A stretch of 64,000 nucleotides of DNA from Selaginella moellendorffii. Its lineage: Eukaryota > Plantae > Lycopodiophyta. This document shows, in pieces, positions 36,801-51,785 of the stretch. Numbering within the stretch: position 1 is the first letter of the stretch; each line of letters starts with the position of its first letter. The notes under the pieces were generated by a model. It ran no database searches and was not told the DNA's origin. It saw only the letters and a program-made list of their open reading frames with translations. Location of the stretch: NCBI RefSeq assembly GCF_000143415.4, contig NW_003314339.1, positions 241,751-305,750 on the forward strand. The letters run 5' to 3'. A program made the translations under genes and the position numbers.

Positions 36801-37839
36801 AAGCAGCCAAGCACACCAAGCCTCCAGGTTCCTAACACCCCTTGGGGTCTCGGCCTTGGCCTCAACCTCAGTATCAATCTCAATCTCAGTCTTGGTCTTG
36901 TTCTCTTTCTTGGCCTCAGTCTCGGTCTCAGTCTTAGTCTTTGTCTCATTCTCTTTTTCGGCCTCGACCTCAAACTCCATCTGAGGTCCATCTTGAACTT
37001 GACTTTGGACTCCATCTCGAGTCCATCTTAGGTCTATTTTGGACTCCATCTCAAAGTCCATCTTAGACTCCTTCTTGGACTCTTTTTTGGACTCATTCCT
37101 AACACTTCCATGTGTCATGACACTTGCCATGTGTCAATCATTCTTGTGTCCCTTTTTAGAGACTCATTCACTGATTTTTTTTTGTTCATTCCTCAAGCAC
37201 TTTATTCAGAATTCCACTCCTGGTCTTGACTTTCTAAGTTAGAGCTTTTGGTCCAAACATGTTATGCTTGTTAAACTTCGACTTCAACCACTACCATGTG
37301 GCATCTTTTCAGATCCACTTTGGGGCTTAGGGATTTGTGTCTCATAATAGTGAAGCAAGCTTTTTATTGAGGCTTTCCTGAGGATCTACAGCCATATCTG
37401 ATCACAGAAAAAACCACATCTATTGACGAGTTACTTTCTACAACAATAGAAGTATTGAAGAAGAGCAAGCCCTACACAATTGAAGCATGTGCTGCTTGCA
37501 AGAGAGTCGAAGGACTGTCACTATGATACTAAAAGAAGTGAGACTTTCTCTAGAGATAGCTAGTCTAAGAAGAACAGATACACCAATGGTCCCAGGGCAG
37601 GTGGTGGTGTCACCTGCTGATGGGGAAGGGGATAAGCAACTTAGCAAAAGGACTGGCTGTTACACTTCTGGGAAAGAGCATGACTGTACCTACATTGTTG
37701 ATCTAGAGAAGCAATACAATGACCTGAATCAGCAAGTTGATGCCCTTAAAGCCAAGTCTTCGAAAGAGAATTTAAACTAGAGCTTGTGCCTAGGCAGAGG
37801 TTAGGCACAGATAATGGACACCCTTGACTTAAAGCCACT

Positions 37840-38300
37840 TGTTAGGCGCCAACTTTAACTAGATAGTCAACATCGGTCAAAGGGAGGCTCAAAGGTATAT
37901 TAAGGCATGTTAAGGTAAGGGACTTAACCTACCCTAGGGCTCACAGTGGAGCGGTGGCGCAATGGAGCTTTTGAGGTAGCTCGGGGGTGGTTGGGTGGTG
38001 AGGAACCTCAAAAGGTGGTGTAGTATAGTCTAGGGCGACTAAATCTTTGTCTTTTTGCGCCGGATCATAACATTGGTATCAGAGGAGTTGGTTGTGATGG
38101 CCGACCAAGCTGAACGTTGGAATCCTATTGTCGATGGTGGTGCCGACGATGGTGCCGACAAAGCTGCAGAGATTTGGACCATTTAAGATGTGGTTCATGA
38201 TTTGCGAGCCTTTAATCGAAATCAGCAAGAGATGCAAAACAAGATGCACGGCATGATGGATACCATGCGTGGGTGTGTTGAGGCACCATCGTTATCTCTG
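37840..38300 (+). mobile_element. Fragment of a different LTR retrotransposon (LTR end, PBS, broken gag start)
   Basis: ...cataaca ttggtatcagag at ~38066-38084 (tRNA-iMet PBS), followed by ATGGCCGACCAAGCT... with stops. Confidence 0.55.
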
Positions 38301-40077
38301 ATGATCTAGAGAAAGTGAGTGATTTCAAGGTAGTTGACTGTCCTTTTCTTTGATTATAAGAGCCAATCCTTGTATGGAGAATGTTTATCATGACCTCAAG
38401 TCATGTTGATTTGCTGAAGAAAAGCCTATATGTATTTTCTACAACTTGAGAGGTACTAAGGATACCAATGTCTTCAAGGTCACCCCTTGCACTATCATGT
38501 GCCACGTTACTGAAGACAAATCATGGGACAAAATCAGTTAACTCCAAGCTATTTCAACAATGTATGCTAAGAAGTTCAAAGGGGTACATTTGTTGTTGTT
38601 TTACAAACATGTTGACGGCCACTCCATTCCACACAATCCTCAATCTATTTCAGTTTGCTGCACTTGCCACATTTGTAAGTTGAGAGGCAAACTAGGTGCC
38701 ACCACTGCAAGAACAAGTGAAGTTATTTCTCCACGCTGCCCAAACATATGGACTCCATCCTAGTGATTTTCTTAGTATGTTCACATCACAGCGCAGGCCA
38801 CAGGCAATCAAACACACCACCAACCGGTCGTTTCTTATAGATCCCAAAAGTTATCGCTTTTACTAAGCATTTTTAACTCGGTTTCCTTTTTAGGGACTAT
38901 GTTTTATCAAACCGCAGGGTAGCAGAGGCTTTGCATTCTTGTCTCAGCCAAAACGTGCATTGTATTCTTTCCCAACGCAATCACCTATGACTATGACTCG
39001 TGGCAAATCTCGCTTAAACTTTGTAGTGGGTAATCTCATCATTCAACTATTAAGCTCAGGTATGTTGATGGCAGGTATAGCTTGGATGGAATTCAAACTC
39101 TTCTGAAGAGATTATAGAGACGTAAAAGTCTGGAAGCTACTATAGGGAAGAAGAGATCAAATTCTCTCTGTAACATGTTGCATGTCAAAACAAGTCTTTC
39201 AACAAGGTAGTTGGACCACCCTGGCTACAGTAGTGACGTTATGGTGACTACATGCATGGCTTACGCTCCCTTCATGTAATGACAGAATTCTAACATGGGC
39301 AACTATTAGAAAGTGAGTCTAAGGCCTTCCTCCTCTTCTCAATTGTAGCTATCAACAAACTTTGTATTTGTAAACTTTGAATAGACAAACACTTTTGATT
39401 TCAACTGTTTCAATCTCGCAGCCAATAAGTAGCCTGATCAGAAGAAGCAAGAGCATTTTGTTTTTCATTAGTCCAATGGCAAGAGAAAAGATTGACTGGG
39501 ACTAGAAAGAGACCAACAAAAGACTACTGTAGACCTCCATCAGCAATGCACTTAGATTGCTGGAGAGTCTAGGAGATTGAGCTTGATGTAGTTGCAATAT
39601 GTCTGTTATCTTTGGAGTTGTGGGTGAAAAATGTGGTGATCTTTTGTTTACATTCTTAGACAAAATTTTGAATCTTCCACAGCATTCTATTAACATGTTT
39701 AAGTTTCCAGAGCGTCTGGCTAGCATTTGCTGGGCAATTTCTGGTTAGTATGATAAAATAGTTCCAGAGGCTATAATCCTGGGTTATGACAAGAATGGTC
39801 GTGGGACGTGTCACGCTAAAAAAACGAAAACGAAAAAGAATAATGTTAGCATTTTTGGATGCTTGTGCTTCACTCCTCTATTCAATCAAGCACTCATCTT
39901 TTGATTGGTGAAGAGCTACAGCAAGCTCCAGAGACACAGTCAGTCTTGGTCCTTTTGAAGAGTTGGAGTAACAAATGGTGGTGGGAATTTTGATCATACG
40001 TGTAAGGAAGTCAAATCCAAAAAAAAAAAAAGACAAATTACTCCCAGTCACCAAGTGACCATAGTTTTGTAATAAGC

Positions 40078-40545
40078 TTAGAGACCGAGACTAAGATCGA
40101 GATTGAGTCCGAGTCTAGACTGAGTCCAAGTTTGAGTTCGAGTCAAAATCTGAGTCAAATCCGAGGATGAAAGCCCAAAGTGATCATCTCGCAAACCTTG
40201 AGGGGGTTTGGTGAGCTTGAAAAGTAAAATAGAGGGAGGACACTAGTGGAGTCAATATGGCCAGGAAAGGCCAATGTGACCAAAGAAAGCTATACCCATG
40301 TGTTGAGTGATGATATAACCACTAAAGAGTCCAAAGCTAGAATAAATATGGACAAACAAGTGGGGTAACTTGGTGAAATATTAAAAAACTGGTGTAAAGA
40401 ACCAACTCACCGAGGTGTCGTAGGCTAAAGGAGCCCTGAAAGCTTGACCAAAATGATAAAGAGTTCATCGGATGAGACCAAGTCTAAGATCGAGTCCAAG
40501 ACCGACTCTAAGACCGAGTTCGAGATAGAGTCCGGAATCAAGTCC
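40078..40545 (+). mobile_element. Fragment of the same non-coding LTR family at the edge of the gene block
   Basis: gagtcc-type repeats, ggatgaaagcccaaag motif, ggggtttggtgagc; matches 10600-10850. Confidence 0.8.
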
Positions 40546-40729
40546 AAGACCGACTCGGAGATCATCTCCAGGATTATTCAATAGTAGAGAAGAACATTTG
40601 GAATACACTGCCTGAATTGGTGGAGATTTGCAATGAGTTACTGGCGGCCAACGAAGTCGTTTGCATGCATCCAGGGATATGGCTGGACGGAAAGCTTTTC
40701 TCAATTTCCAGGAAGTTTTCTCGGAAGCT

Positions 40730-42443
40730 TCACGTCACTAGCTTCTTGATATCTTCAGGCTTCATCATACTCCATTGTCTTCGCCGATCGTTCTGTTGTC
40801 GTCTGGGGCCTGGCTCGCCCCTCTATACAAAAAAATGATTTAGCACAAACAGCATCAAGGCAATAGCAAAATTCGAAGACCTTTTTGAAGACGAATACCA
40901 AGTAGAGGTAAGCAGCTTCCCATTCGTCTGGAGATAAGGTGTCGCCATTACCTGGAGAAAAGAAACAAAACATAGAAACTAGAAAGGAAACATCAAAACT
41001 CACTTCCATCTCCCAAAGCACCGAGTTTCCGCATTAGATCAATAAAGTGGTCGTCTTTGATGTGCTTGTGGACAAAGTCATGAAAGTTAAGTTTAAGCAC
41101 AAGATCTAACCCATACTACAGGAAAAAACCAGTAAGGAATATGTAACATTGTGACTAAAATACTTACATTCGCCGCTAAAGACTGGAAATAAGGGAAGAA
41201 AACCAGCCATTCTGGGCAATCCACAGCATCCTGTCAATCAACAGAAATGCTTAAAGAACCGGGGAAAAAGTTAGAACGCACCTCGAGCTTGAAGTGATAC
41301 TGGATCCCAAAACGAGTGGCTTGAGAAAATCTCTGGAAAGGAACCAGCAAGTATACGACGTTCATCAAAAGTTAAAGCACTACCTTGGTTCTGTGTTCCT
41401 CCCCAAAGCTTATGTTATACACACTGTTCCCAAACTCGAGGCCTTGCGCTGCTTACAAACATCATCCCTGGAATCAACGCTGCTGGTAAAAAACGTACCA
41501 GCTCGGAGCTTCTGGACAATCACGTTCGAATCTGGCATGGTCCCTATGAAGAAGCCACCCGGGTTGAGCATTCTGGAAACATTATCCAAGGCTCGCTCTG
41601 CCCGTTCTATCGTCGACCACGAGTAATGTAGAGCAAACTGAGAGAAAAAGAAGTGAATAGTCAAAACCATGAAGAAGGGATTCGATTTGGACGAGTACCT
41701 GGCAGCTACAAACATCGAAGCCTCCCTGGATGCTTCTCTCGAGATCTACCTGCAAGACAAAATGCATCACATATTTTTTACGAGCAAAGAAAATTACTTA
41801 CCTCGTAACAGTCTCCACAGAAGAGCTCCGCTGCGAAGGACAGTCTCTGCCTCCTGTTGTTGTATCTCTTCATCGCGTCATCAATCTTTTGGTTGAAAAG
41901 AAACAAAAGCTCAGAGATTTTTCTCTATCGATCCCTTTTGTTTCTATGAAACAATCTCGATCGACTTACCGATCCAGCTGCAATGTCAACGCCAACATAT
42001 CTTCCAATGTTCGCTTTGTCATACTTGATCAGATCGCCGCCCTGGAAGAAGTGAGTGATAGTAGCGAGAGAAATGTAGAGAGATTTCATCCTACCTTGCC
42101 ACAAGCGAGGTCGAGCACGGAATCTCCTTTGTGAACGTACAAGTGTATAAGAACGCTCTTGATCTACATGCAACAAAGAGAGTAAAGAAAAATTCCAAGG
42201 GAAAGAATGCAGTCGTTTTTACTTTCCACTCACCCAATTGTTGAGCTTCTTGAGATGGATAATCGGGCTCGACTCGCGCTCCTCTCGCGACTGGTTGGAT
42301 CGCCCGCTGTAAAAATCCGCGACTTGCTTAGCCTTCTTCCGCGACTCAACTGCATCGGCGAGAAGGAAATTTTCGCAAGTGATCAAAGCCGCAAAGAGAA
42401 TTCTACCGAAATCCTCGCGCTCCTTGCCGCGCTTCGCGTTCAT
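40730..42443 (-). CDS. mRNA cap guanine-N7 methyltransferase (multi-exon)
   Basis: Exon peptides SPIIHLKKLNNW, VLDLACGK-GGDLIKYDKA..YVGVDIA, FDVCSCQ-FALHYSWST, LNPGGFFIGTMPD, AVDCPEWLVFFP, LSPDEWEAAYLYLVFVFKK; last exon ends ...KKLVT* at 40730. GT-AG introns. Confidence 0.93.
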
Positions 42444-42529
42444 TCTTAACCTGGAATCGCAAGAACCCTAGAATCTCATCGTGCTGGAATCAACGGTCAG
42501 TTTTAAATGATGCCCTAAAATGTGAATGG

Positions 42530-44590
42530 ATGGATCGCAATGGCCTAGCGCATCTACTGAGGAGCTGCTCAAGAGATCTCCACGAGCTGCGATGGATCCA
42601 TTCTCAGATCCGCGGCAGCCATCACAGGCACGACACATTCCTCGCCAATCTCTTGATCGACGCGTACTCGAGATGCGGCCGCCCGGACGAATCGCGCAGC
42701 GTTTTCGATGCCCTCGAATGCCCCAATTCCCACTCTTGGAATTGCCTCATTCACGCGTATGCCCACAATGGGCAATTGCCCCACGCCTGGGAATTCTTCT
42801 CCGCCATGCCCGATCGCAGCGTCATCACCTGGAATTCCCTTTTCTCCAATTGCGTCGCCGCCAATCAGCTCCACAGCGCCCGAGATCTCTTCCATCGCAT
42901 GCCGCAGCACAGCATCATCACGCTCAATTCGATGATCCAGGGATTCATCCAGATGGGCTGGCTAGAATCCGCGATCCAATCGTTCCACGCCATGCCGGAG
43001 AGATCGGTGATCACTTGGAGCTCCATGCTCGTCGCGAGCGCTCAAACGGGGAGTCTGTACGACGCGCGCTCCTTCTTCGACAAAATGCCCGCGCGTACGG
43101 TAGTGACCTGGACAGCCATGCTGGCTGCCCACGGCCAACATGGCGACGTGGACGCCGCGATGGCGGCCTTCGACGCAATGCCAGAGAGGAACACCGTGAC
43201 GTGGAACGCCATGCTGGCGGCTTATGCCATTAACGGGCATGCCGACGAGGCAAGGATGCTGTTTGATTCCATGCCAGACGGCCGCACAGTTGTGACGTGG
43301 AACACTCTCGTCACTGGATTCGCCGGGTCAGGACGCCACGTGGATGCGATCGCGGCCTTTGATCGCATGCCACGTTGGAGCATCGTGTCCTTCAATTGTA
43401 TGATCCAGGCAAATGCCCAGAGAGGGCAAATGCAGCGCGCAAGGGAGATCTTTGACGAGATGCCCCAGCGCAGCGTCGTCTCCTGGTGTCTGATGATCAC
43501 GGCGTATGGGCGATCGGGGAGCGCGATCGAGGCCCGGGATCTCTTCGATCGAGCTCCCAATCGATCGCTCGTGTCCTGGAACGCGATGCTGCTGGCGGCG
43601 GCTATGAATGGCGACGCCAATCTCGCCGCGGCGGTGTTCTCGCGAATGCCCGAGTGGGATTCCATCACCGCCAACAGCATGGTGTCGGGATTGGCCGATG
43701 GGGGCAGGGTCTGCGAGGCCGAGGAGATCGCGAAGCGCAATTCGAATCCAAAATCCTGGACGATCATGCTGGGCGCGTACGCCGACAGCGGCGAGATTGA
43801 TCGCGCGAGGGCTCTGTTCGAGAACATGCCAGTGAAAGATCTCGTCTCCTGGAACGCGATGATGCAAGCCTATGGCCGAGAGGGCAGCGCGAGCGAGGCC
43901 AGAGCCACATTCGATCGAATGCCCAGGAGAGATCTCGTGTCATGGATCTGCCTCATAGCGTCTCTGTCCAGGAACAAGCTCGTGGACGAGGCCGCGCTAG
44001 CGCTGGATCGAGCGCCAATGCTGGCCGATAGCACGCTCACAGCGATGCTCACCGTGTATGCCCAGAGTGGGCATTTGCGCCACGCCTGGCAGATCTTCGC
44101 CGCTATACCCGAGAGGGACTGCGTGGCGTGGACGGCCATGATCGCGGCGTATGCCCACTTTGGCCATCTCGACGACTCCTCCTCGGGAGCTCTGGAGCTG
44201 CTCTGGATGATGGAGCTCGACGGTGCTCGGCCAAACGCTGTCACCTTCTCGGCGGCTCTCGCAGCGTGTAGCCACTTGGGCGTTGTGGATCTGGGACGGG
44301 AGCTCTTTCTCTCGATGGCATCGGATCGAAGCATCGTTCCCGAGCAGCAGCACTACTGCTCGATTGTTGATATGTTCGCCAGGGCCGGGAGAACTCGAGA
44401 AGCCGAGGAGCTCCTCCAGTGCATGCCTTTCCAGGCCGACGATAGATCCTGGACTGCGCTTCTCACGGCTTGTAAGAACCAAGGCGACATACCTGGAGCT
44501 ACTCGAGCGGCCGAGTTTGCCATGACTGACAGCCAAGGCGGTCCTTACTTGTTGGTGTCCGACTTGTACAAATCGATACTTCGTTCCTGA
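42530..44590 (+). CDS. PLS-class pentatricopeptide repeat protein with E domain (organellar RNA editing type)
   Basis: 686-aa intronless ORF; repeated FDxMPxRxVVxWNxM motifs; ACSHLG, HYCSIVDMFARAG, WTALLTAC; no DYW domain. Confidence 0.95.
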   Translation: MDRNGLAHLLRSCSRDLHELRWIHSQIRGSHHRHDTFLANLLIDAYSRCGRPDESRSVFDALECPNSHSWNCLIHAYAHNGQLPHAWEFFSAMPDRSVITWNSLFSNCVAANQLHSARDLFHRMPQHSIITLNSMIQGFIQMGWLESAIQSFHAMPERSVITWSSMLVASAQTGSLYDARSFFDKMPARTVVTWTAMLAAHGQHGDVDAAMAAFDAMPERNTVTWNAMLAAYAINGHADEARMLFDSMPDGRTVVTWNTLVTGFAGSGRHVDAIAAFDRMPRWSIVSFNCMIQANAQRGQMQRAREIFDEMPQRSVVSWCLMITAYGRSGSAIEARDLFDRAPNRSLVSWNAMLLAAAMNGDANLAAAVFSRMPEWDSITANSMVSGLADGGRVCEAEEIAKRNSNPKSWTIMLGAYADSGEIDRARALFENMPVKDLVSWNAMMQAYGREGSASEARATFDRMPRRDLVSWICLIASLSRNKLVDEAALALDRAPMLADSTLTAMLTVYAQSGHLRHAWQIFAAIPERDCVAWTAMIAAYAHFGHLDDSSSGALELLWMMELDGARPNAVTFSAALAACSHLGVVDLGRELFLSMASDRSIVPEQQHYCSIVDMFARAGRTREAEELLQCMPFQADDRSWTALLTACKNQGDIPGATRAAEFAMTDSQGGPYLLVSDLYKSILRS

Positions 44591-44764
44591 TAGATTTGCT
44601 TTTCTCCCGGAGGAAAAAACCTCTTTTTATTCTTCTTCTTTCCTGGCTCTGGTAAGCAAAAGCTCACATTGATGCGCTTAAGTAGTCACGGCGAGAAATT
44701 TATAAAAGAAATACCACCTCGATCGATTATAGAAAATTGCATAGCCCTCCGCCGGGTCGATCGA

Positions 44765-46946
<2,182 letters not shown>

Positions 46947-47231
46947 TGCGGCAGATCTGCTCGAAATATCAATCGCGCCAATCGATCAATCACGAAATCG
47001 CGAGGAGGAGGCGCCCTTACCCGACGCTAGGCGAGACCGGAGCTCCCGGATGCCGAGGTGTGAATTAGGGCTCTTTCTCTCTTAAAGGAAAGAAATAGCC
47101 TAGAAGATAAGCATTTTATTCCATCCAATCAAAAAGGAAAGTTAAAAAGGAAAGGAATGCCGCAAGAACACACAGCATCAATTCGTCTTGTTACTCTCAT
47201 CTCAACTCTTCCAAATCGCAAAAGCTCTGGT

Positions 47232-47652
47232 CTAGACGCGGTAGCCAGTGATCGATCGCCGCCCAATCATCCCGCCCACGCAGAACCACGCGTAGCACTC
47301 GCCCACGAACAGCGCAGCGATCCCGACCTCCTCGAGCTTCAACTCTTGCCGATTCCGGAACTTGGCCTTGACGATCTCCACCTCTTTCCAGAACGATTCC
47401 GCGCGATGGGGCAAGCTGCGAGAGAGAAGGGTCGCGATTCCGCGATCAATCCAAGGGATTCCATCCATACCTGGCCAGGCGCGTGTAGAGGAGCTGCTTG
47501 GAGAGCTCGTTACACTTCTCCACCGTCGGCTCTTCCACGATGTAATGCTTGTTCCGCTCGAGCAGCGTCTTGTAGTACTCGCCGGCGTGCTTCATCACAT
47601 ACTCGGTAGCGGCGGTGGATTTGTGCTGAAGATTCCTCCAGGCGGCCGCCAT
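47232..47652 (-). CDS. Mitochondrial ATP synthase subunit g (2 exons; intron 47416-47470)
   Basis: YYKTLLERNKHYIVEEPTVEKCNELSKQLLYTRLAS-LPHRAESFWKE...GIAALFVGECYAWFCVG; 55-bp GT-AG intron. Confidence 0.92.
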
Positions 47653-47732
47653 CGATCAGATCCTTTCCTTCCTCTCAAGAACCCTAGAACTGGAACACCA
47701 AGGGTTTTTGTTTAAATGCTACTAAGATCATA

Positions 47733-49588
47733 TCATACAGAGCGTCGTCCAGTGATGGTAGTGGCACGCGGCGTCGTGGCTTTGACAAGATCTTCGAGCG
47801 TTTCGTCCAGCATTTCTTCCATCACCGCGCTCGATCCAGACGACCCTTCCTCTTCCTCTTCCACTACTGCTTCCAGAGAAGATCGAGTGGTTCTCGCAGT
47901 AGGAGCAGTAGCAAACTCTTCTTCTCCTTCCAGTTCTTCGCTCTCTCCCAGCTCTTGATCGTCGCTGAACAAGTACCTCTGTGCTGTGCCACTCTCCATC
48001 GAGCTCCTGCTTCCCACAATCGTGGGACTTCCTATCCGTACTACGCCTGGAGAATCGTAACTCCTGTAGTCCGCCATCCGTCCACCCTCCTGTTCCTCCT
48101 CTAGCTCTTGATCGTCTCGACCACCTGATGACCAGTACGATCCCGTTGAGCTGCTCGTGGAGTTTTCGTCCCTCACAGAAGGATCGATGATCTCCGAGAC
48201 TTCCAAGCTGCTGTCAACCGACGCTGATTCACTATACCGCTGCTTGGTGGGTCGTGCTGCTTGTGTTGAAGGATCGTTACTGCTTCTGAGTTGTAAGGGG
48301 CTGCCATCCTCGTCCCTCGATAATCTGGCAGCTTTGTTGTATAAGTCTGTGTAGTGATCCCCGGATCTCCTACACGAAAGTTATAAATCCTGGTTAGCCA
48401 CCACTTCCTTCCAGAATCTCCAAGAAAAATATTACCGGCTTCCGAGAGACACCTTGAGAAAGTGTGTCGTCGCTCGCATCGTGTTCAGCTCTTTTGCCTG
48501 ATGATAGGAAACACATCGTGTCACACACAGTAGGAACAAAAGCAAACTAAAAAAACAATCGAACAAAGAATGTCAAGCGTACCTGGAACGCAAGCTTTTG
48601 TTGGAGTTGACTTACAACGTGATGGAGCCTCAATCGTTCTCGCTCGGACATTTCCAGCAGCGAGGCCATCTCTTGTGCCATGGCACGAATTCCCAGCAAT
48701 TCCGCTTCCAGATGCTTGGCTCTCTCGAAAACCAGCTGATAGTCACCTTCCTTTGCATGCAACACCATCTCGTTGTTCTCGCTGTTCTTCCCGCTGTTCT
48801 TGACGATCAGCTTGTTTTCTCCTTCCAACTCGTGTTCTTGGTGCTCATCGCTATCGCTGCTGCACTGGGTTCCCATGTCGATTGCCACTTCTGTCGTCCC
48901 AGATGATCCAGAGGATTGCCCTGTGCTGGTGTTGGCCTTGGGCCCGTGAAGCTCCTGGATTACTCGCTCTACCTCAAAGATTGAATCGTTGGCTTCCTTG
49001 AGTTGCCGCTCGAGATTGGCGATGAGAGAGGTGTGTGAGTGGAGCGCCTTCTCTTTGCTCGATAGCTGTGCTTGCATCTCCATGATCATCTCCTCCCGGC
49101 TCTTGAGCTGGTGTCTCAATCGATGCACGGCTTGGCGATGCACGATTCCTGGACGAAGTCGAGGGAAAATAAAAAATCAAGAACGAAAGAAAGGGGCTTT
49201 CTGTCGATTCTCGACCAACTGGGAAAGGAAATCTGAGCTTACCATCGGAAGAAATCTCACTGCTGCTGCCACTGCTGCTACTGCCGCTACTCGATTCGCG
49301 ACGCAACACCATGCACTCGGCATCCATCGCTGCGAGACCTGAGCATTCCAGATAGAAATATTACGGCCCAAGAACAAGACACCAGGGAGAAAGAAGAAGA
49401 AATCTCTGCGGATTCTCACCATTGCCGTGCTGCTCGGGGTGAATCGCTGCCGCCGCCGCCGCCGCCTTGTTCTTGCTCTTGTTCTTGCTACTCCGTGTGA
49501 ATGCCAGCGACAAGACCGTCGCTACGGCGCCGCCGACGACCAGACCCCAGTTCACGCCTTGCTGCTGGCGATAAGAAGACGCTGGCAT
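47733..49588 (-). CDS. Uncharacterised protein: N-terminal hydrophobic anchor, coiled coil, acidic/Ser-rich C-terminus (multi-exon)
   Basis: Consecutive minus-strand ORFs joined by short GT-AG introns: MPASSY..WGLVVGGAVATVLSLAF; VHRLRHQLKSREEMIMEMQAQL; acidic tail ending 47733. Confidence 0.7.
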
Positions 49589-49683
49589 CCTTCTTCCTCC
49601 TGGCCAAGGAATCTCCAACGGGTCGGAACAAGGGACGTACGCTTGAAAGCGTACGGAAGAGGATAAACCCTAAATTCTTGGCT

Positions 49684-51519
49684 ATGGAGGACGAGTTTTG
49701 GAGCGTGCCGCTGCCGCCTTCGAGCATCAGGCTCGTCGATTCGATCGATGGCGAGGCGTTCCAGGGATTTCTTCTGGCGCTGCAAGAATCGTCAGTGATC
49801 GCGCTGGATGCTGAGTGGAAGCCTGTCTCGGTAGCTGGTACGCACCCCAGGGTTTCGCTGCTCCAGATTGCGTGCCGGAAGCGAGATTTCGGCCCCGAGA
49901 GTGATCTTGTGTTCATCGTCGATGTGTTGTCGATCCCGGCTTCTGCATTGCTTCAGCCACTGGAAGAGGCATTGGAAACGTCTAGAATTCTAAAGCTGGG
50001 ATTCAAGCTTCGACAAGATTTAATCAATCTCGCTGCATCGCTTTCGTCCACTGCGAGCTTCTCCTGTGAGGTAAGTGCCTGAGTTCCTCTTTTACTCGTA
50101 ACTTTGCTCATTTTCCATGTCCTTCTCTTTGTAGCGTAGCCTTATATTGATATTGGGAAGCTCTATCATGAAGTGAAAAGGAAAAATCCACGTAAACTCC
50201 CGGGTGATACTCCGAGCTTATCCCACATATGTAGAGATGTTTTTGGTCGACCTCTTTGCAAGGTATGGGATAGTGTGTGTTTGCATGGCTGCTACTAGTG
50301 AAGCTATGTTTTTTGCGCAGAGTTTGCAATGTAGTGACTGGGAGCTGAGGCCACTGACTGAAGAACAAATATCTTATGCTGCCGCTGATGCGCATTGTCT
50401 TCTAGCAATTCTGGACGCTCTTCATCCCTATATAATCGACATGCAACGATCAAAAGCAGGTTGGTTTCGACTCTGGTCGATCTGTGGCCTTCTCATTGAC
50501 GTTTTACATTCGCAGTTGCCTCGGTCGGAATTGCTCGTCTACTCTATCCTGATGAAGAGTTAAGCCCTCTTGTAACGAGGTTTAGGAGCATGAGCGAGAA
50601 GGCAGATAGGACTGGAAAGTTTCTCGCGTATCTATTAACTTTTCAGCAGACGCTGTCACTGCAAGCCGACCCAAAAAAGAAAATCAGAACTCGGAGGGTA
50701 CGGGACACAAACAGATCTCAGGGGCAGACCGAGTTCGAGTGGTGTGGACCTCCGCCATGGGATCCTGTTGTGGGAGGTGATGGTTGCCCAAAGTTTCTGT
50801 GTGATATTATGGTAAGTTCGGCGGGCTAAGTGCATAAATTTTAACGCATTTTTTTCTTTCCTTCTGAACAGATTGAAGGCTTAGCTCGTCAGCTACGTTG
50901 CGTTGGAATTGACGCTGCTTGTCCACATAGATTAAAACCTGACGCCAGGTTCTTGTTTTTTTCTTTGGAGAGAAGAAATATTCAGCTGGATTGTATTCTT
51001 CTAGGCAGCTAATCGAACAAGCTCAAAGAGAAGGGAGGATTCTACTAACAAGAGACGTAAAGCTACTCAGGCAGCGCCTTATTCCATCCAACCAAGCGTA
51101 CCGTGTCAAACACCTAACAAAGAAAGAGCAACTTACTGAGGTACGATTCAATGCGTCGCTAGCGCTGTCCTTTTTGACAGTTTCTTTACTCAGATTATTG
51201 AGACGTTCCATCTTACAGTCTCCGAAGAGCATTTACTCTCGAGGTGCACGAGGTGCAACGGAGAGCTCTGTCCCAAACCATTGACCGCACAGCAAGCAAA
51301 GGCTGCTGCTCCCAACCAAAAAATTTCGGAAGATGTATTACTGCAGGACGGTTTACTATTCTGGCAATGCTCCGAGTGCAGGCATCTTTACTGGCAGGTT
51401 GGTAAATGACCTGCATCGTTTTCATTTTTATTTATCGGTCTCTCAAACGTTTGTCTCTTAAACTGCAGGGCTTGCAATTCCAGCGGGCAATGCAACGATT
51501 TTCTGCCATGTGTAGCTAG
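49684..51519 (+). CDS. Mut-7/EXD3-like 3'-5' exonuclease with Mut7-C (PIN-like + zinc ribbon) domain (multi-exon)
   Basis: IALDAEWKP, LLQIA, SDWELRPLTEEQISYAAADAHCLL, KFLCDIM-IEGLARQLRCVGIDA, RILLTRD, SRCTRCNG, CSECRHLYWQG. Confidence 0.9.
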
Positions 51520-51785
51520 TTAGCCTTTCGCGTGTAACGTACGTGACGTTTTTAAATTAACCTGGTGTGCAAGTTCCGGAAGGTTCGATCATTCTTGCGT
51601 TCCAGGCACGTAATACACGCGAACAAAAGAAGAATAAGTTGGATGAGACATTTTTTCAACGACGATATCGATATCGATATGGATAGATGAGCAATACAGG
51701 ATGGCACGAGAGAGACGGGTTGTTTCTTGAGGGCGATTTTTACTTCATGCTTCGGCCTCAAGATTGGTGAATCATTTTCCGCTCC

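Larger units (their letters stand above)
21687..37346 (-). mobile_element. Outer (oldest) LTR of the nest, element A; pieces at 21687-22198, 36292-36549 and 36550-37346 (last piece begins with a related LTR subfamily)
   Basis: Starts tataagtgactaaatttt (decayed tgtaagcg...), ends gtgtctcata. Sequence is continuous across element B. Flanks ATGGC/ATAGT differ by two transitions. Confidence 0.65.

Noticed and set aside
38500-39950. Possible LRR/kinase gene remnants
   Set aside because: Only weak, fragmentary resemblance with many stops; no coherent model.
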